DNA of 64,000 nucleotides from Oikopleura dioica (GCA_907165135.1 OU015566.1:6882001-6946000); one strand, 5' to 3'. Shown: positions 13,581 to 26,929, numbered from the stretch's first letter. Notes: a model not told the origin generated them from the letters alone. Numbers and translations: made by a program.

Positions 13581-14098
13581 AAACGCTTTTTGGACCAACG
13601 ATGCATTTTCACACACAACCGTGCAGCCCCCCAAAATGTGACCTCAAGATGGACTTGCTTGATTTCATCCCCCCTGTACTATAAAACCTACCTTTCTAAC
13701 AGTCGACAACACTAACACAAAACAACACAAATATGCGGCAGTTTTTACCAATATCAAAAGTAGCGTCACCAGGAAAAACTTGAAAATGAGCGAAAATAAT
13801 TCACGATTACGGCATTTTTCCCGTTGATTTCTGTAGTTATGCCGTAAAGTGATGCTCAAAACCTACCCGGTGGCGCTAGAAAATGCCAATACAGTCAAGA
13901 GACAACTGATTCTGACTACTGACCACTGTAAATTTATCCAATGGAGTAAAAACGTCACTTCTGCCATCTTTCATCATCTTATAATTTGTCAAAAATAAAT
14001 AAGAAAACAACTGAAAGAATCGTCTTGTTCTCGTTTATTTTGCCTAAGGAAGTGAAGGTCCCGCAGGAACTTACAGGAAGAATTTTTTGTCTAAAAGG

Positions 14099-14980
14099 TC
14101 AGAGCTCGTCGTTCAGCTTTGCATTCGCGTTTTTGAGAATTTCCTTTGTTTTGTCATTTCTGGTCATCCTCTCGCAAGTGACCCCGTTGCCTGCTGGAAG
14201 ATTTGGGTCCACGCCGTTGTCCAAAAAAGACTTTAGAACGGATAAACAAGTGCGTCTAAAACCAAACAGGGACATGCAATAATATGGTTATCCGTGTACC
14301 GATCCTTGTACAGTTTGAGAGTGGCGTTCTTCACCTCCCCAGCAGGCCCTATGAAAAGGAGCGTAACCGTCTTTGTGTTCAGTTCCGCTGATTGGAACTC
14401 CATGATCCAATAATGCCTTTACTTTTCAAGATTTTTTTAAGTGGACACGTCACAAAGATGTTACCAATTTAACGCCCAATTAGTAGAAACCCTTTCCTAG
14501 TTCTGCTCTGCCCTGGAAAGCCGCTCCATGCATAGGCGTATAACCATCCATTTCGGGTACAGTAACATCCGCTCCCAATTCAAGCAGGGCCTTGGCGACT
14601 TCCAAATGACCGCCCAAGCAGGATGCCATCAGGGGCGATTGAAGACTACCCAGCATTTGCTCGTTGATGTCTTGTCCAGCAGCGATGAGTTCTGGAAGTT
14701 GCCCTTATGGTAGCTGAAGATGTTTGCTGACCTCACCTCTTACTTTCGCAGCGTCATTCTCCATCACTGCTTTGAAAATTGGCTTGTTTGCGGCGACGAG
14801 ACTTTTTAAACGATCAACAAAAGCCTTTCAAAAACAATACGGCCCTTGATTTTGTCTGAACTGAACCTGGACATCAATACTGCAACTTTCACCATGGTAC
14901 TATCTCTGCTTGTCTCTATAGAATTCTAGTGAATAGGAAAACACAGATAGAGCTTTGGTATGAAATCTGACTCCCTCCGG
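14099..14980 (-). CDS. Small ankyrin-repeat protein ending in NDEL; 5' end uncertain
   Basis: Exons give PIFKAVMENDAAKVRELIAAGQDINE..SPLMASCLGGHLEVAKALLELGADVTVPEMDGYTPMHGAAFQGRAELVKALLDHG..DGYAPFHRACWGG..FLDNGVDPN..KLNDEL*. The last junction needs a non-canonical splice or a 1-nt homopolymer correction. Confidence 0.85.
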
Positions 14981-15245
14981 GCACTTCATCTTGCAGAGTT
15001 ACTCATTTTTGATGGATTATTTTATGATATGATCTCTTATCATTGATAAGTTATCAATAACGATAAATGTAGGTTTCCATACACGTCCGTTCCATCACAT
15101 TATATATTCTTGTGATTTTTATCATGATCAACTTTCTAAACGCAATTATGCAACCTGCACGAAATAAGAATAAATACTCAAGAGCTAAGCGCAAACTTGG
15201 CAACTTGGCAAGATTTTAGAAATAAATAAATAAAATTAGTTTATT

Positions 15246-16700
15246 CTATTTGGAATCAGAGGTTTTTTCAGAAACAGCCAAGCTGGACAATGCTTGTAAT
15301 TCTTTGTTATAAGCTTCTTGGAAGGCATCAGATTCGATAGTACGTTGGTTTTGTCGCTTTTTACGTCCCCACATCCACATTCCAACTAAAAATACGATCA
15401 AAATGACCTAATTTCGAAATAAGGTTTTTCGATGTAAAATCGTAATTCCTCGGATTTCGGCGTGACGGAACTGCAAGACAGACCCTGGTCAGTTTCCTTG
15501 AAAGGCTCATCTACGCCCACTTACGGATTATAAAAGCAACGGCCCCAAGACCGATATTAGCATATCGCCTGACATTCGCGTCCACTTCTGCACCGGCGCC
15601 CAGCACGCTCGGCACTTTTAACTTCTCCGACTCGATGTTAGACAATGTCTCTTTCAATGCGTTTCGGCGGAGGGCTTGGGATTCGCGAAGGCTGTGTTCG
15701 ACGTTGTGCTCGAAGTTTTCTTCGAATTTCGCTGTTCCAAGAAATCTAAACTTGTTTCAACACTCATTGATTAAAATGAATAAATGAGGGTGAAAATTTT
15801 CATCTTTATAAGCGCATATCATGCGCCATCCCTCGGGGACGTCTGGTTTGGTGGTCCAGGACGAGGCATTTAGGAAATCAGTCAAGATAGATCCGGTCAA
15901 TGAGCTCGAATCTCACTAAAAGAATCATTCTTCTGAGCGAAAAGTCGAAAGGAGGAAATTTTCTTCCTACGATTTGGTGATTTAGTCCTGGGCAATGCCC
16001 ATAACTTCAATCGCCCCTATAGAAAAACCCTAAATTGACAAAAGAGCTTCCACCAGCTCCTGAGGTTCTTCTGGGTTCCCCATACAACGAGGATGAGGAT
16101 AATAGCTAGTCCGAAGTCCCACGCCTCCCAGAAGTTTTTGATATTTTACCTTGGCTGTTCTTTTGCTTCAGCATAAAATTCTTTCTCCAGGCCTTTCGCT
16201 TTGTCCAAAAGTGTTTCTATATTTTCCTCCTCTGGATCTTGCTGTTTTTCTAACTTGAGGAAAGCCCCATCTCGTTGTCTTTTCACTTCATCAGTTTTCT
16301 TTTTGAAATCCCCGCGACGGTACATTTTCAACTTGACATCATAATCAATTCTTCTACTTGGATGCGACAGCGTCTTATACGCATCTTTTCTACTGATGGA
16401 AATTAATTTATCTCAATAACCACTTCAAGGAAAAAATTGAATTGACCCGTTCCACCAGTACCCATAATAATCATATTTTGATCTAAAATATCATCGACCT
16501 CTTTTTCGCTTTGGGAATTGAGGTTGATTTCTGTCTTCGTGAGTTTGTCGTAAAACGCCTCTTCAATCTCAGCATGTGTCGCCGATTCTTTGACCCCGAG
16601 GACGGCGTACCACGTGTGTCTTTTTTTAGGTCAAGAGAGATCTTGGAGATGTTTAGTTTTCTGGTGCTGACGAGTTTAGGAACGATTATAAAAGGATTGA
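15246..16700 (-). CDS. Degenerate J-domain protein with hydrophobic segments (possibly two genes)
   Basis: TWYAVLGVKESATHAEIEEAFYDKL..DAYKTLSHPSRRIDYD matches J-domain helices I, II and IV; no HPD. Later hydrophobic stretches FGLAIILILVVWG and IGLGAVAFIILP. Confidence 0.6.
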
Positions 16701-17103
16701 AGTAAAAAATAGAATTCAAAAAAAAAATGAGACTTGTCGAATAACTTTGTTATTCTTTACTTTGTCATTACGAATGAATCATTAGAAAATATCTTTTTTT
16801 AAATAAAATGCAAAATGCACGTGGAATATGCTATGGAAGTACATTACATGATTCCGAGAATCAATCTGACTACATCTTTTGAATCAACGAAAGAAAAAAA
16901 CGTCCGGCCTATCCTTAATTCATCATGTCTTCTGTTCAATGTTGCTGCCAAATTTCGTCGCAGCGCTGAAAACCTCCCGAAGACACGAAGCATCTAAAAT
17001 GAAACAATAATATGTAGTGCCAATTCATCTATCGTTGCCTCTGGATTATACTTAAATACAAATATATTAGAAATAAATAAGATGTCATATTTTATACATT
17101 TCC

Positions 17104-17850
17104 TCAAAAAGCAATACTATTCGTTTCAAACGCTTTGCGTCTCAAAATACTTTTCAAATCTTCAAGTGGCGGCAAGGCGCTTTCAACGAACTTCGCAGGC
17201 TCAATAAAAGCAGGAGCAACAAAATCTGCAGATGATTTTTGTGCGTTTATTTTCGCAGCCTCTTCAATAATTATTTTCTTTTCTTCTGAAGTGAGCCGGC
17301 GGCGGCGAAAGATACAGCGCTCTGGCTCGACAGAGGTGAAATAGAAGAATATCAGTGGCAGCGCTAGAAATAAGGACATCACTCCGTTTTGGCAATAATT
17401 TACCGAAAGCAATGAACATCATTCTTTGCTGCTTCGTATTTGCCGTTTTATCGACTTCGTCCATTTGCCCGACTTCGACCATCGCTTCAATTTCTTCCAG
17501 CGAGTAATTCACGTGCGTCACGACTTCCCTCGCATTATTATACACATAAATATTCTCCTCTCTTTCTCCGATATTTTCAAGTTCTTCATCTTTCTGCGGG
17601 ATGATCAAATTTCGATTTTCGAAGTCATACGAAGACCGCAAACTTGGGTCAAGGAGTGTTTTCTCGATTTTGCGAAGAAGAACTTGTGCTTTTTTCGATT
17701 CAAGCGAGTTTTCAGAGTTTTCTTCGGAAGATATGAGTTCTTGGAGTTTTTGATCAATTGCGGTTTTTATCGTTTTATCTGTTGCGTGGTAGTCTATTCC
17801 TAGATATGCGTAGTAGCGTTTGAAGGGTTGATAATTATATTTGAAAATAA
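17104..17850 (-). CDS. Second degenerate J-domain protein; 5' end uncertain
   Basis: KRYYAYLGIDYHATDKTIKTAIDQKLQEL..KIEKTLLDPSLRSSYD; no HPD. Continues through ORF 17264-17641 and 17104-17412. Confidence 0.6.
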
Positions 17851-18391
17851 CAAAGGGAAGCCATTATTTTATTCCATTTTCGGGAGAGATACCCTTAACT
17901 TAGGGTCCTACCTTTGAAAATGAAAGATTCACAAAGTAGAGACCCTTTATCTTTTGCCAAAAAATCCCTTGCCAAAATTCATATGCAACCCTAACTAGAA
18001 TTTCTCTGACAACTTCTGATAACCCTCAGATATCTGCAAGCTCTCGCTAACCTTACGGACATCTGAAAAAATAGCGTTTTGTTTTTTTCCAAAATAGGTG
18101 TTTATTCATATATTTTGAATTGCATTTTTCGATGACAAGAAAATAAAAAAGAAGGTAGTACGAATGTTTCCTATTTTGTGAGATTGAGATTGTTTGAACG
18201 AAATGTTTTCGTAGCGGGAACAAAGTAGAGATAGTATTTTTCGATATATACAGAGAGAGAGGCCATTATCTGGCACTTTCAGGGGTCAGTTGGGGGTGGG
18301 GATAATAGAGTATTTGGAAAAGAGGGGGATAAGAAGATGCCGCTGATAGTTACAGTGAAAATATGCTACAAAGAAAAAATCTGTTATTTTC

Positions 18392-21326
18392 CTATCTGTA
18401 TTTGAGGATTAATTTTAACCCCTTTGTACCGCGAATGTTGAGACAGTGCTCCTGATAATAGGAGATTAAGTCGGGAACAGACGGAAACTCAGCTTGGATA
18501 ACGCCGCCACCGCCGATGTACCAATGGCCAGAGTCTGATTTTTGAATAACGAGATGGAGCACGCCCTGGTCGTCGGTCATGACAGAAATGGAATACCACT
18601 CCGGGTTCTGGGTGTTGCGGCGGACGACGAAGCTGCCTTCGATTTCGTTGTGCAAGACCTAAAAAGTGGATAGAAAGGGCGCTAAATGTGAGCTTAAGGG
18701 GGTAGAAACAGCTTTTGCCAAAGATGGAATACTAAAGATTTTTTCTAAGATTCTGAAAGGCTAGGACACAAAGAATTAAAACGCTATCAAAAGTTACCCC
18801 CTTACTATGTTGGAATGTCCTTTAAATTGCCTTCAAAGTTGGAGTTTTGCGAAAAATTTTTAATTTTCGAAGTTTATCGAGGCTTAAAATCATGAAATAA
18901 AGGGTTGAACGCCGATGAGATAGATTTGTTTGGATCATGTTATCATCGTGAATAACTTAGGTAGGACGATAACTTAAGGGTATCACGAAAAAATTCTGTT
19001 TCAAATTCAAAATTTTGAAAATTTGTTACAGAAGTTGCAATCGAACTCCAAGTACTATCATTTTTTATGATTACGCAATTAAAATCATAGATGCTCCTAG
19101 AAAAAGGGTTAAAGTATCTTAAAATGAAAAAAGAAATTCTCGGTTAGTCACATGTCTCGAGATAATCGTGCTTGAAAATGGGCGAAAATCGGGATTTTCG
19201 ACGAGATGGGTTGATGTTTCGCTCTCTACCGATAAACTGGGTAAACAAAAATTAATTTTAAAAACAGATGCTCTTAGATCTAAGATAAATCTAACTAAAA
19301 TCGAAGAGAGAATTCAAAAATCTAAGGTTGGCTGAGCTCGGGCGCTGTTCAAAAATCGGCTTTTTTCAAGAAAGCTGTTTCTACCACCTTAACGTACCTT
19401 TTCGGCTTCGTGTCTCGTCATCGTCGAGCGATAATAATCCATATTATCGAGCAACTCGGCCTGCTGTGACCTTGAAGAGGAAGTCTGGTTTCCCGAAGAA
19501 TGACTCTTATCGCTCGCACTTGATCGACCGGTCGAACTCGAGTGGCCAATGTTGTGCGGCGCCGAGTACTTCATTACCGGCTCGATGGCGTAAATGTCGT
19601 GTTCAGCAAAGTGCTGCAGGTTTCGCATCATTGTCGATTGCATAACGGGACGTCTTTTATTTTAGAAATTACAAATTGGCTTTGGTCAGATTTTTCTAGG
19701 CTTACCGGTGGGGGGATGGGGACTTGTGGCCGGCGTTGGGCTGGTGTCTGCGCATCCCAGACGAATTTCTCTGCGATTTCGATCTGGCCATTGGAACAGG
19801 AGGCTGAATGACATTCCTCTGACCATACAGTAGGTCATCTAGCGACGTCGAAATCGAATCATCTTCAGAAGAATATTAGGTTAGCTATGAACTGCGCTTG
19901 CTGAGAAATCTTACCCGTCTGACGGAGTAATTGCTGTAGATACGCGGATGAGCCAACTTCGCCCGATTGATTTCGAGGTTGCGAATCTTGTCGTTGGTGG
20001 AAGACGAGCGGACTTTCGGCGATGATTGGTGTACATGTGCTTGGAATGTGATCGTAAACTACCTCATGCCTCAGTGAGTCGTGGGAGCGAGCTGAAAAGA
20101 TTAAGAGTTACTAGATGCAGGAGGAAAGATGCATTAGGTTAGATAAGATTCACGCTTGTGCAACTTTTGCATTGAAATAATATTAATTAAAGCACTCCTT
20201 GTTGTTTTCAAAATGACAAAGTTATTCAATCTTACCCGGACGTAATGGAAAATTGGAATGAAGAGAGGGTGGGTGCAAGTTTTGAGGATTTCCATGAAGA
20301 GGATGATTCGTTGGGCTTTGAATTTGATTGGAATAGGAGCGTTGGTGGTAGATTGGATTATTGTGTGATTGAGCGACTGATGGCTGTTGCGATCGGGGAT
20401 TTTGATTGTTCACGAAGGATGGGTCGACGACGAGGCGTGGATCGGGCTGGAAATTCGCACGGTCGTTTGAACGCTAGAATGACTTTGAGGAGCAGAATAA
20501 AAGAGGATGGTCTTACCCTGGAATTATTTATTTGAGGAGGTCGATACATATTTCGATTTTGCGAACGGCCAGATTGTCCTGAAGAGTGTGAAGAAAGGGT
20601 GGAAATGGTTCCAGATGCGCCTGAAACCGTCGTTCTGTCATGTGACCGAACCCAAGGATCATCATATGCTTGCATAGGCTCCTTTTTCGGATGAAGCGGG
20701 CCGCTGGGGATGAATTCGCAGCCATTGTCACCCCAAGGTTCATCGTAGTTGCATCCTTGCGCGACTGGCTGATCCCCTGGCCTGGGTCGGGAGAGCTGCT
20801 GCGATTTGAGCTTCGCTTGAGCTTGGCGATTTTGATGAGCCGCAGTAAGATTTGCATCCCAAGGGTGGTCGTAGTTGGACATGCACTCGTTCGGATTCAC
20901 AAAATCGATCGGGTCGACGTAATCGTCGCTAAAAGCCGTTAGTAAATTAATTATCACTATTCTATATAAAATGGTCGCTAATGGAACGGACAGATGTCAA
21001 TTCGTAGCTGTCAATTGTATTAAAAAGTCAACTAGGGAGAATTAAGAAATACTAACGATATAAATTATTTATCAAGAAACAAACTGGTCCTACTGTGAGC
21101 TGTTACTGTTGATCTTAACTTACATGAACTGAATCGTTTCTTTCGGCGACTGCAGCCTTCTACTAAGCCTCGGGGAAGCCATCTTCTGGAATGTTTGAAA
21201 ATCATCGCTTCTTGCAAAATCCAGACCGCCATTACTATCTTTATCTTTCTTCTTTCTCCCTGAGCTTCGATCTTTTCCGCCTCGATTGAAAAACGCAGAT
21301 ATACTTCGCTGGAGTCCGTTCGGCAT
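18392..21326 (-). CDS. SH2-domain adaptor, SHB/SHD/SHE/SHF family
   Basis: Repeated YDHPW/YDEPW/YDDPW and YVDP tyrosine motifs, then a C-terminal SH2 domain (MTRHEAEK..GSFVVRR..YSISV..LHLVI..FPSVPDLISYY). Confidence 0.85.
18698..19388. mobile_element. Kolobok-like MITE family B, copy 1 (in an SH2-gene intron)
   Basis: TTAA|GGGGTAGAAACAGCTTT ... AAAGCTGTTTCTACCACC|TTAA. Same TIR and internal blocks as 58360-58744. Confidence 0.85.
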
Positions 21327-21478
21327 TAGAATCAGAATCGAACGCGATTCAATTTACATTCTGAATCAAAAAATTGAAATCAACAAGGAGTAGAAAAATA
21401 AACTTTAAATTATGGGAAAATATAGAAATAGAACTTCCGGAAAGATAAAAAATAGAAAAAAGAAACTTCTTTCGTTTC

Positions 21479-24400
21479 CTATTCAAAAAGACATGGTCGG
21501 GCTTCAACTCGCTCGTAAATTTCATTGAGACTCTTTCGATACTCAATTCTTCGTTGCAAGTCGTTCTTCTTCAGCTCTTCACGCGTTTGCTCTAGAATGG
21601 ACATTGAAGATGGCTGTTTACGCTGCTTTCTGGGCTTACTTTGGCTACGAGTGTTTGTTTTGCCTGGAATGGACTTCCTAATGGCTTTGGCGCGGAGTCG
21701 CTGAGCACGGCGTTTTTCGAGTAAGTTTTCGTTTTCCTTTTTTAACTCTTCTTCCATCAAGTCTATTTATCGGGTTCAAATAAGTAAATATAAAAGGGTT
21801 TTTCTGAGTATTCGACCGAGATAAGTTATCTCAGATAACAAAAGTCTTAATCTACGAATATCCGATGATGAGAAATTTTATTCAATACACAGGAAAATGA
21901 TTAATTAAGGAACAGTAATCGTAGTTACCGGTAGATATTTCCTTGCTCAATCTGTCAAGAAGATTAATTTGATTTCGTTTTCATTTTACGAATAAGTTGC
22001 CATCTCAATCTACGAATTTTTATACTACCAAAAAGCCCCAGAAGAGGGCGCTATCTAAAGACTCTCCCAGCTGGAGTGACCCACTATCAACACCTGAAAT
22101 CTTTAAACTAGGCGGATAATATCAGCCTGATATAACTAAGACAATCCACTGTTCTTTTTTTTTTATAAGAAACCCGGGTAATCTCAATGTGAACCCGTTT
22201 TACCTAAAGTATGCTTGACAAAGTCTCTGCGGCGCGTGAAGCTGTCGTTCTCTCTGATGGGCGGTGCCTCCGGGGAGAAATTAATCTTTGTTGCCTTGAA
22301 GACCTTTGAATCGGGCTCTTCAGCCGCCACTAGCGCTAATAAAAGGTTCCTCATTAAATTCCAAACGGCTGTTTGTCTTTATTCAACAAAATATTTGAAT
22401 AAATTCCTCTTTCTCCTTTCCATTCATAAACGCTCGAGTTTTGTTTCACTGTGTTTGAGCGCGTCTTAAATTATTTCCCCCTTGAGCTAAAACCCCATGG
22501 GGCGAGACTACTACTAATGGACTTGCCCTTGGGGGAGCGCCTCGATTAATTGCAGATTGTTGAATTACAGAGACGACAGTAATTTCTTATTACCTTTCTC
22601 TTGCGCCTTCTTTTCCGCTCGTTTCATTGAAGCAAGTTCAGGAGCAGCCGATTTCGGCCTCGTTCTCTCCCTTTCCGCCTCATCTCTCTTCTTCGCCAGT
22701 TCTAGTTTGCGCATGTTTTTCCGATGCAACGCCTTGAAATCTGGCACTGGTTTGTCATGCCGTCGCGTTTTCGCCCATTTGTCCTCGTTTACTGATCCTC
22801 TTGAGCTCGAGGCTCGTGCTGATGGAGTAGGAGCCGAGTTCATCCTCGGTGGAAGAGATGAGCATCTGAAAAAGCCTGCTCATTACTGTCAAAAGCGCAT
22901 AACTATTAGTTGACTAAGCATTTTCTCTACGTGAACTGTCTCTTTTTTCAATTTGTGGCGCGGTTTTCGTGCGCTCAAGGGATGTTCTGATTCGGGTTCA
23001 TTCGCATTCAGAGTAATTCCTTCCCCTGAATCGATATAATCCAAAAGGTTACTGTACTGCACATTTGCGGCATGAGAAGAAGAAATTGACGATGCGCACG
23101 AAAGATGCCGGTTTCTCACGTAATTCAAAATAAAGATGAATTAATTTAAATAACGATTTGAAAAGGTACAATTCGATGGAACCCCTAATTGATTCTATGT
23201 TTTACTTACTGTAATAACTTCTCAGCTCTAGCTCTGATTCTCTTCTCTCTGTCCGCCTCAAAATCTGCGTGGCTTTGCTTTGGCGCCAGTACTTCTGGAG
23301 CAGGCTCTTTGGCTTTGAATGACGAAGCTGAAATGAATTATGATGCGAATTGGCGAGTTTAATTATTCAACTCAAGATTCAATGATTCAAAAACGAAGCT
23401 GGAGATATTTTCTTTCAAAGTGTTCCTCGACCATTCAATTCAAAATATTCATTTCACAAATGAGCATGACATGAATCAAATCATCTCTTTTGATTGGGCT
23501 CATTTACGAGCTCCGAATTGAAGGTCAAGAATCTCCAGCTCATAAAAACCTCGTTGAATGCAATAATTTTGCATCGTTAGCGATTACCTAAGGTCTTCAA
23601 AAACGCCTCTTCTTCATCCCTCATCTCTCTCAATGCCATCGCCTTTTCCCGCTTTTTCGCCTGGTCTCGATCGACAAAGGAAGGTGCGGTAGACTTTTCT
23701 TGCAAATCTTTCATCCTTTTTTCGAATGTCAGCTTTCGTCTTGTATCGCTGTGTTCTACAATGTCGTGGTACAGGGGGTAGTAGACATGGGCAGGCACTG
23801 GGCGACAACTAAAGATTATTTTAGAGCTTTTTTTCTTTAGGGAAAATTAACCGAAACTCTTTGGAAATATTTTTCTCTTCCTCTTCTCGTTTTCTTTGCG
23901 CCTCTCCGACCTCCAGACTCGCGCTACAGTAATCATTTGTTACAGTAAACTAAGATGGATTATTTCTTGTCATACCGAGTATGTTTTGGTCCCTTGGGTC
24001 GTTTTTCTTCGCGAACAGTCATTGAAAACGGCTCAGGGACTGTAACTCGCGGTCGCCATTCATGAAGCCGTTTCTTGTCAGATTCAAAATCGGACTTGGC
24101 GTGGATGTCAACGGGTATCTGCTGCAAAGATGGATACCGCTCGAGAGTCTCTGCCAAGTTGAAGTCGCTCCACATTTCTTGAATCGTCTTGTTGTGGTCT
24201 AGCCGAGATTCTATCGGCTGATGAGGCATGTTGCGATTCTGAAATTGATTTTTAATTTCAGAGGCCATATTTTCAAAACGAGCATTAATCAGGTTAGGGT
24301 CATTGATTTCGGCTTATCTACCAATTTTCTTATGTTTTATTGAATTAAACAAATTTATTTCTACGCAAATTGCGTTCATCCCCCAACTGAGATATAAAAT

Positions 24401-24643
24401 CAAGGGGTCCCTTCTGGTTGAACTTAATTTTTAACTGAATAAAGCAGATGAATATTATTTGGTAAGACGAAATATAGGGCCAGTTAAAAATAAGAACTTT
24501 TAATTCAATCAACTAACCTCTAAGTAAGCGTCGATTCTCAACCTTTCCAATTCCCTCAAATTCTCTTTCTGGTCCTTTTTCAAATTCTCTAGTCGGTTCA
24601 AAAACTCCTCCGAGAAATTCCCATTCGAATCGGTTATCGACAT
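21479..24643 (-). CDS. FAM161A: FAM161-family ciliary/centriolar protein
   Basis: NFSEEFLNRLENLKK, VTVPEPFSMTVREE, PVPAHVYYPLYHDIVE, PVPDFKALH and VEARPCLFE match remembered FAM161A motifs. A versus B orthology not resolved. Confidence 0.85.
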
Positions 24644-25710
24644 TTTTGCTTTTTTGTTGTCCGTTTCTTCAATAATTCAGATTCAGAATCGCGCAAACAG
24701 CAAATCTCACTCGCCGCAGGCCAAATTGGATTTTCGCGCTCTTTCTCTCGCTTTTTTGAAATTTCCGACTGAGCAATTTTTTGTCTTTCCAGACAGATAA
24801 CCTTAATCGATGATTTATTGATCACGATCATTTCAATCAGTGGCAGTAGCGATGCGTTTTTCAGATTGGGGATAATCTCTTAGAGTAATATAATCCATTA
24901 GTAATGGGATTAGTTTGGAATAGACAGGAACTGGATGGGAAAAAGGGAACTTTTCACGAGGTATTTTTGGTCTTTTGGAATATTTGATGGTCACACAGGA
25001 AGTATAATTTTACCAGTGATAGGGTGATAAACTCGTACAGAAAATCGTTGAGATATTTGAAGAAATGGATTAAGTTCTGAAGATATTTAACCAATGCACA
25101 CTTTTGGGACAAATAATTGGCAAATATGATGTTAAAATATTCAAGCTGCTATTTTGATATTCGCCTGAATTTTGGTCCACAATCAAAAGGTACTCTGGTA
25201 AAAATGACGTTTTTTCACTCTTTCTCAACTCAAGGACGAAAAAATATTTGTCCAGCAAATGTCAAAATCAAAATTGATTGCTTCGCTTTTTTGCTTTTTT
25301 CAATATTTATTTTAAAAACAGGCGCGAGAAGAAGATACTTTTTTTTTGAAAGAAAGTCAATGGAGAAAAACTGGCAAGGAGTAACACTGGCACATAGAGT
25401 TCCGGAATCGTACAGTGACTTGAGTACAGTAGCGAGTTCCGGAATTGAAGCTGCAGAAATCTCCCAATTTCGAATGTTTGAAATCATGGAGGAGCATGAA
25501 AATGACATGAACTGGGGGGCTGGAAGACGAGTTGAACTTTTCGATAAAAGAGAACTTGAGAAAGAGATGAGAGAAAATCAGAAAAGCTTTTAAAGTTTTC
25601 ACATGTAAAGACGAGTCGAGATTCGGTCAGAACTTCATGAGCTCAAAGTAAAGAAAAGAGAAAAAGAAGAGAAGTGCAGATGGTGAATCTTTGTTGTAAT
25701 TTCGAGGAGC

Positions 25711-26929
25711 TCAGACGGCGAAGCAAGGCTGCATTTCCGCTGGGAGGTTGTTGATGAACTGGCGCATTCTTACGTTGAACTAGAATAGAATAAAGTTAGG
25801 GGCTTGCTGCTTGAAACAAGAAAATCTACCTTGAGTGTTTCCTCCAGCCGTCGTTCAGCTCTTGAGGCTTTTGTCTCGAGCTCGATGCACTGTTGTTGCA
25901 TGTGAATGATGAGCTCCTTCTGCGTCTGCGTCTCCGAATGAAGCTCGATCAGCTTCTTTTGAGTGTTCTCCGTCCTCAGTTTTGCGCGTTCCCGGCTTTT
26001 TCGCACGGCGATGTTGTTCCTTAACACTCCCATGAGTCCTTTTAAATCATTGTTTTCTGATTCCAATATTACAATAACTCGTAATATGAGGAAATCGAAG
26101 GCCGGGCTCTGATTATATACCGAGAAGCTAATAATAACGAGCGTGGGTGGTGACGGTAGGGTGAATTTCGAATGCATCCGGCATTTCATGTTTTCGAAAT
26201 TACAGGCTTAGAGTCCGCGAGACAGTCAAAATTGAGTCTTGTCCGGCAGTCCGTGTGTATTGCAATTATCTGTCTTACCGTATTCTTTTCTTTCGGTAGG
26301 CGTCCGTCTCAGCCTCGCATTCAAGCGTTTGAAGCTCCTCTTCCTCTGATGACTTTCGTTTTCGTCCTCGACGGGAGGTCTTCTTTCCGATCAGCGTTTC
26401 CAAATCGACGTGGTCGTTGCGCAAAATCTGCTCTACTAAATGATTCGTGTCTGCTTGATGAGGCAATTGGAATGCTAAACGATTTTCAATTTCTTAACTT
26501 TTAGGACTAAACCGATATTGCGAAAAGTTGGAGATTTTGAAATCAAGGAGGAATAACTATCGTTCTTTTCTCACCTTGTTTTGGCTTGTCGTTTTTGGGA
26601 GGGCAAATCGGTGATGTAACGGTGGAAACAGGCTCCGTCTTTGTTTGTACGTCGTTTTTGACGTTCATTGTTGTCGGTATCTTAGGAGTGTAAGTCTAAT
26701 TATACAGACGAGGTTTCTTTCAAAGGTGGTATTTTTTTCTTACCGAATAAGGAAAGAGGTATTGATGCTTTGGGTAATCCCTCGCTTTTGAATAGTCGTA
26801 TTGGATGACTTCCGGGTCGGATGGAACTGCTGGTGGTGGGCAGTGATACGCATTTACTGCTGGAACTGAAGCTGCAACTGCAGTTGGCATTGGTGGTGGT
26901 GGGTAAGCAAAGTCAGCGAAAATCTCCAT
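25711..26929 (-). CDS. C/EBP-family bZIP transcription factor (intron-containing)
   Basis: DAYRKKRIR|NNIAVRKSRERAK is the C/EBP basic region, followed by a zipper. Pro-rich N-terminus; final exon FNVRMRQFINNLPAEMQPCFAV*. Confidence 0.85.

Noticed and set aside
17886-18985. Inverted motif pair (GATACCCTTAA..GTCCTACC / GGTAGGAC..TTAAGGGTATC) as one element enclosing the last SH2 exon
   Set aside because: Match is short and imperfect, the right copy is inside another MITE, and the same motif recurs in other elements; more likely shared debris.
25117-25593. 158-aa plus-strand ORF as a gene
   Set aside because: No recognisable homology or splice support; it lies antisense to the likely pyrimidine-rich C/EBP 3' UTR. 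Not fully excluded.
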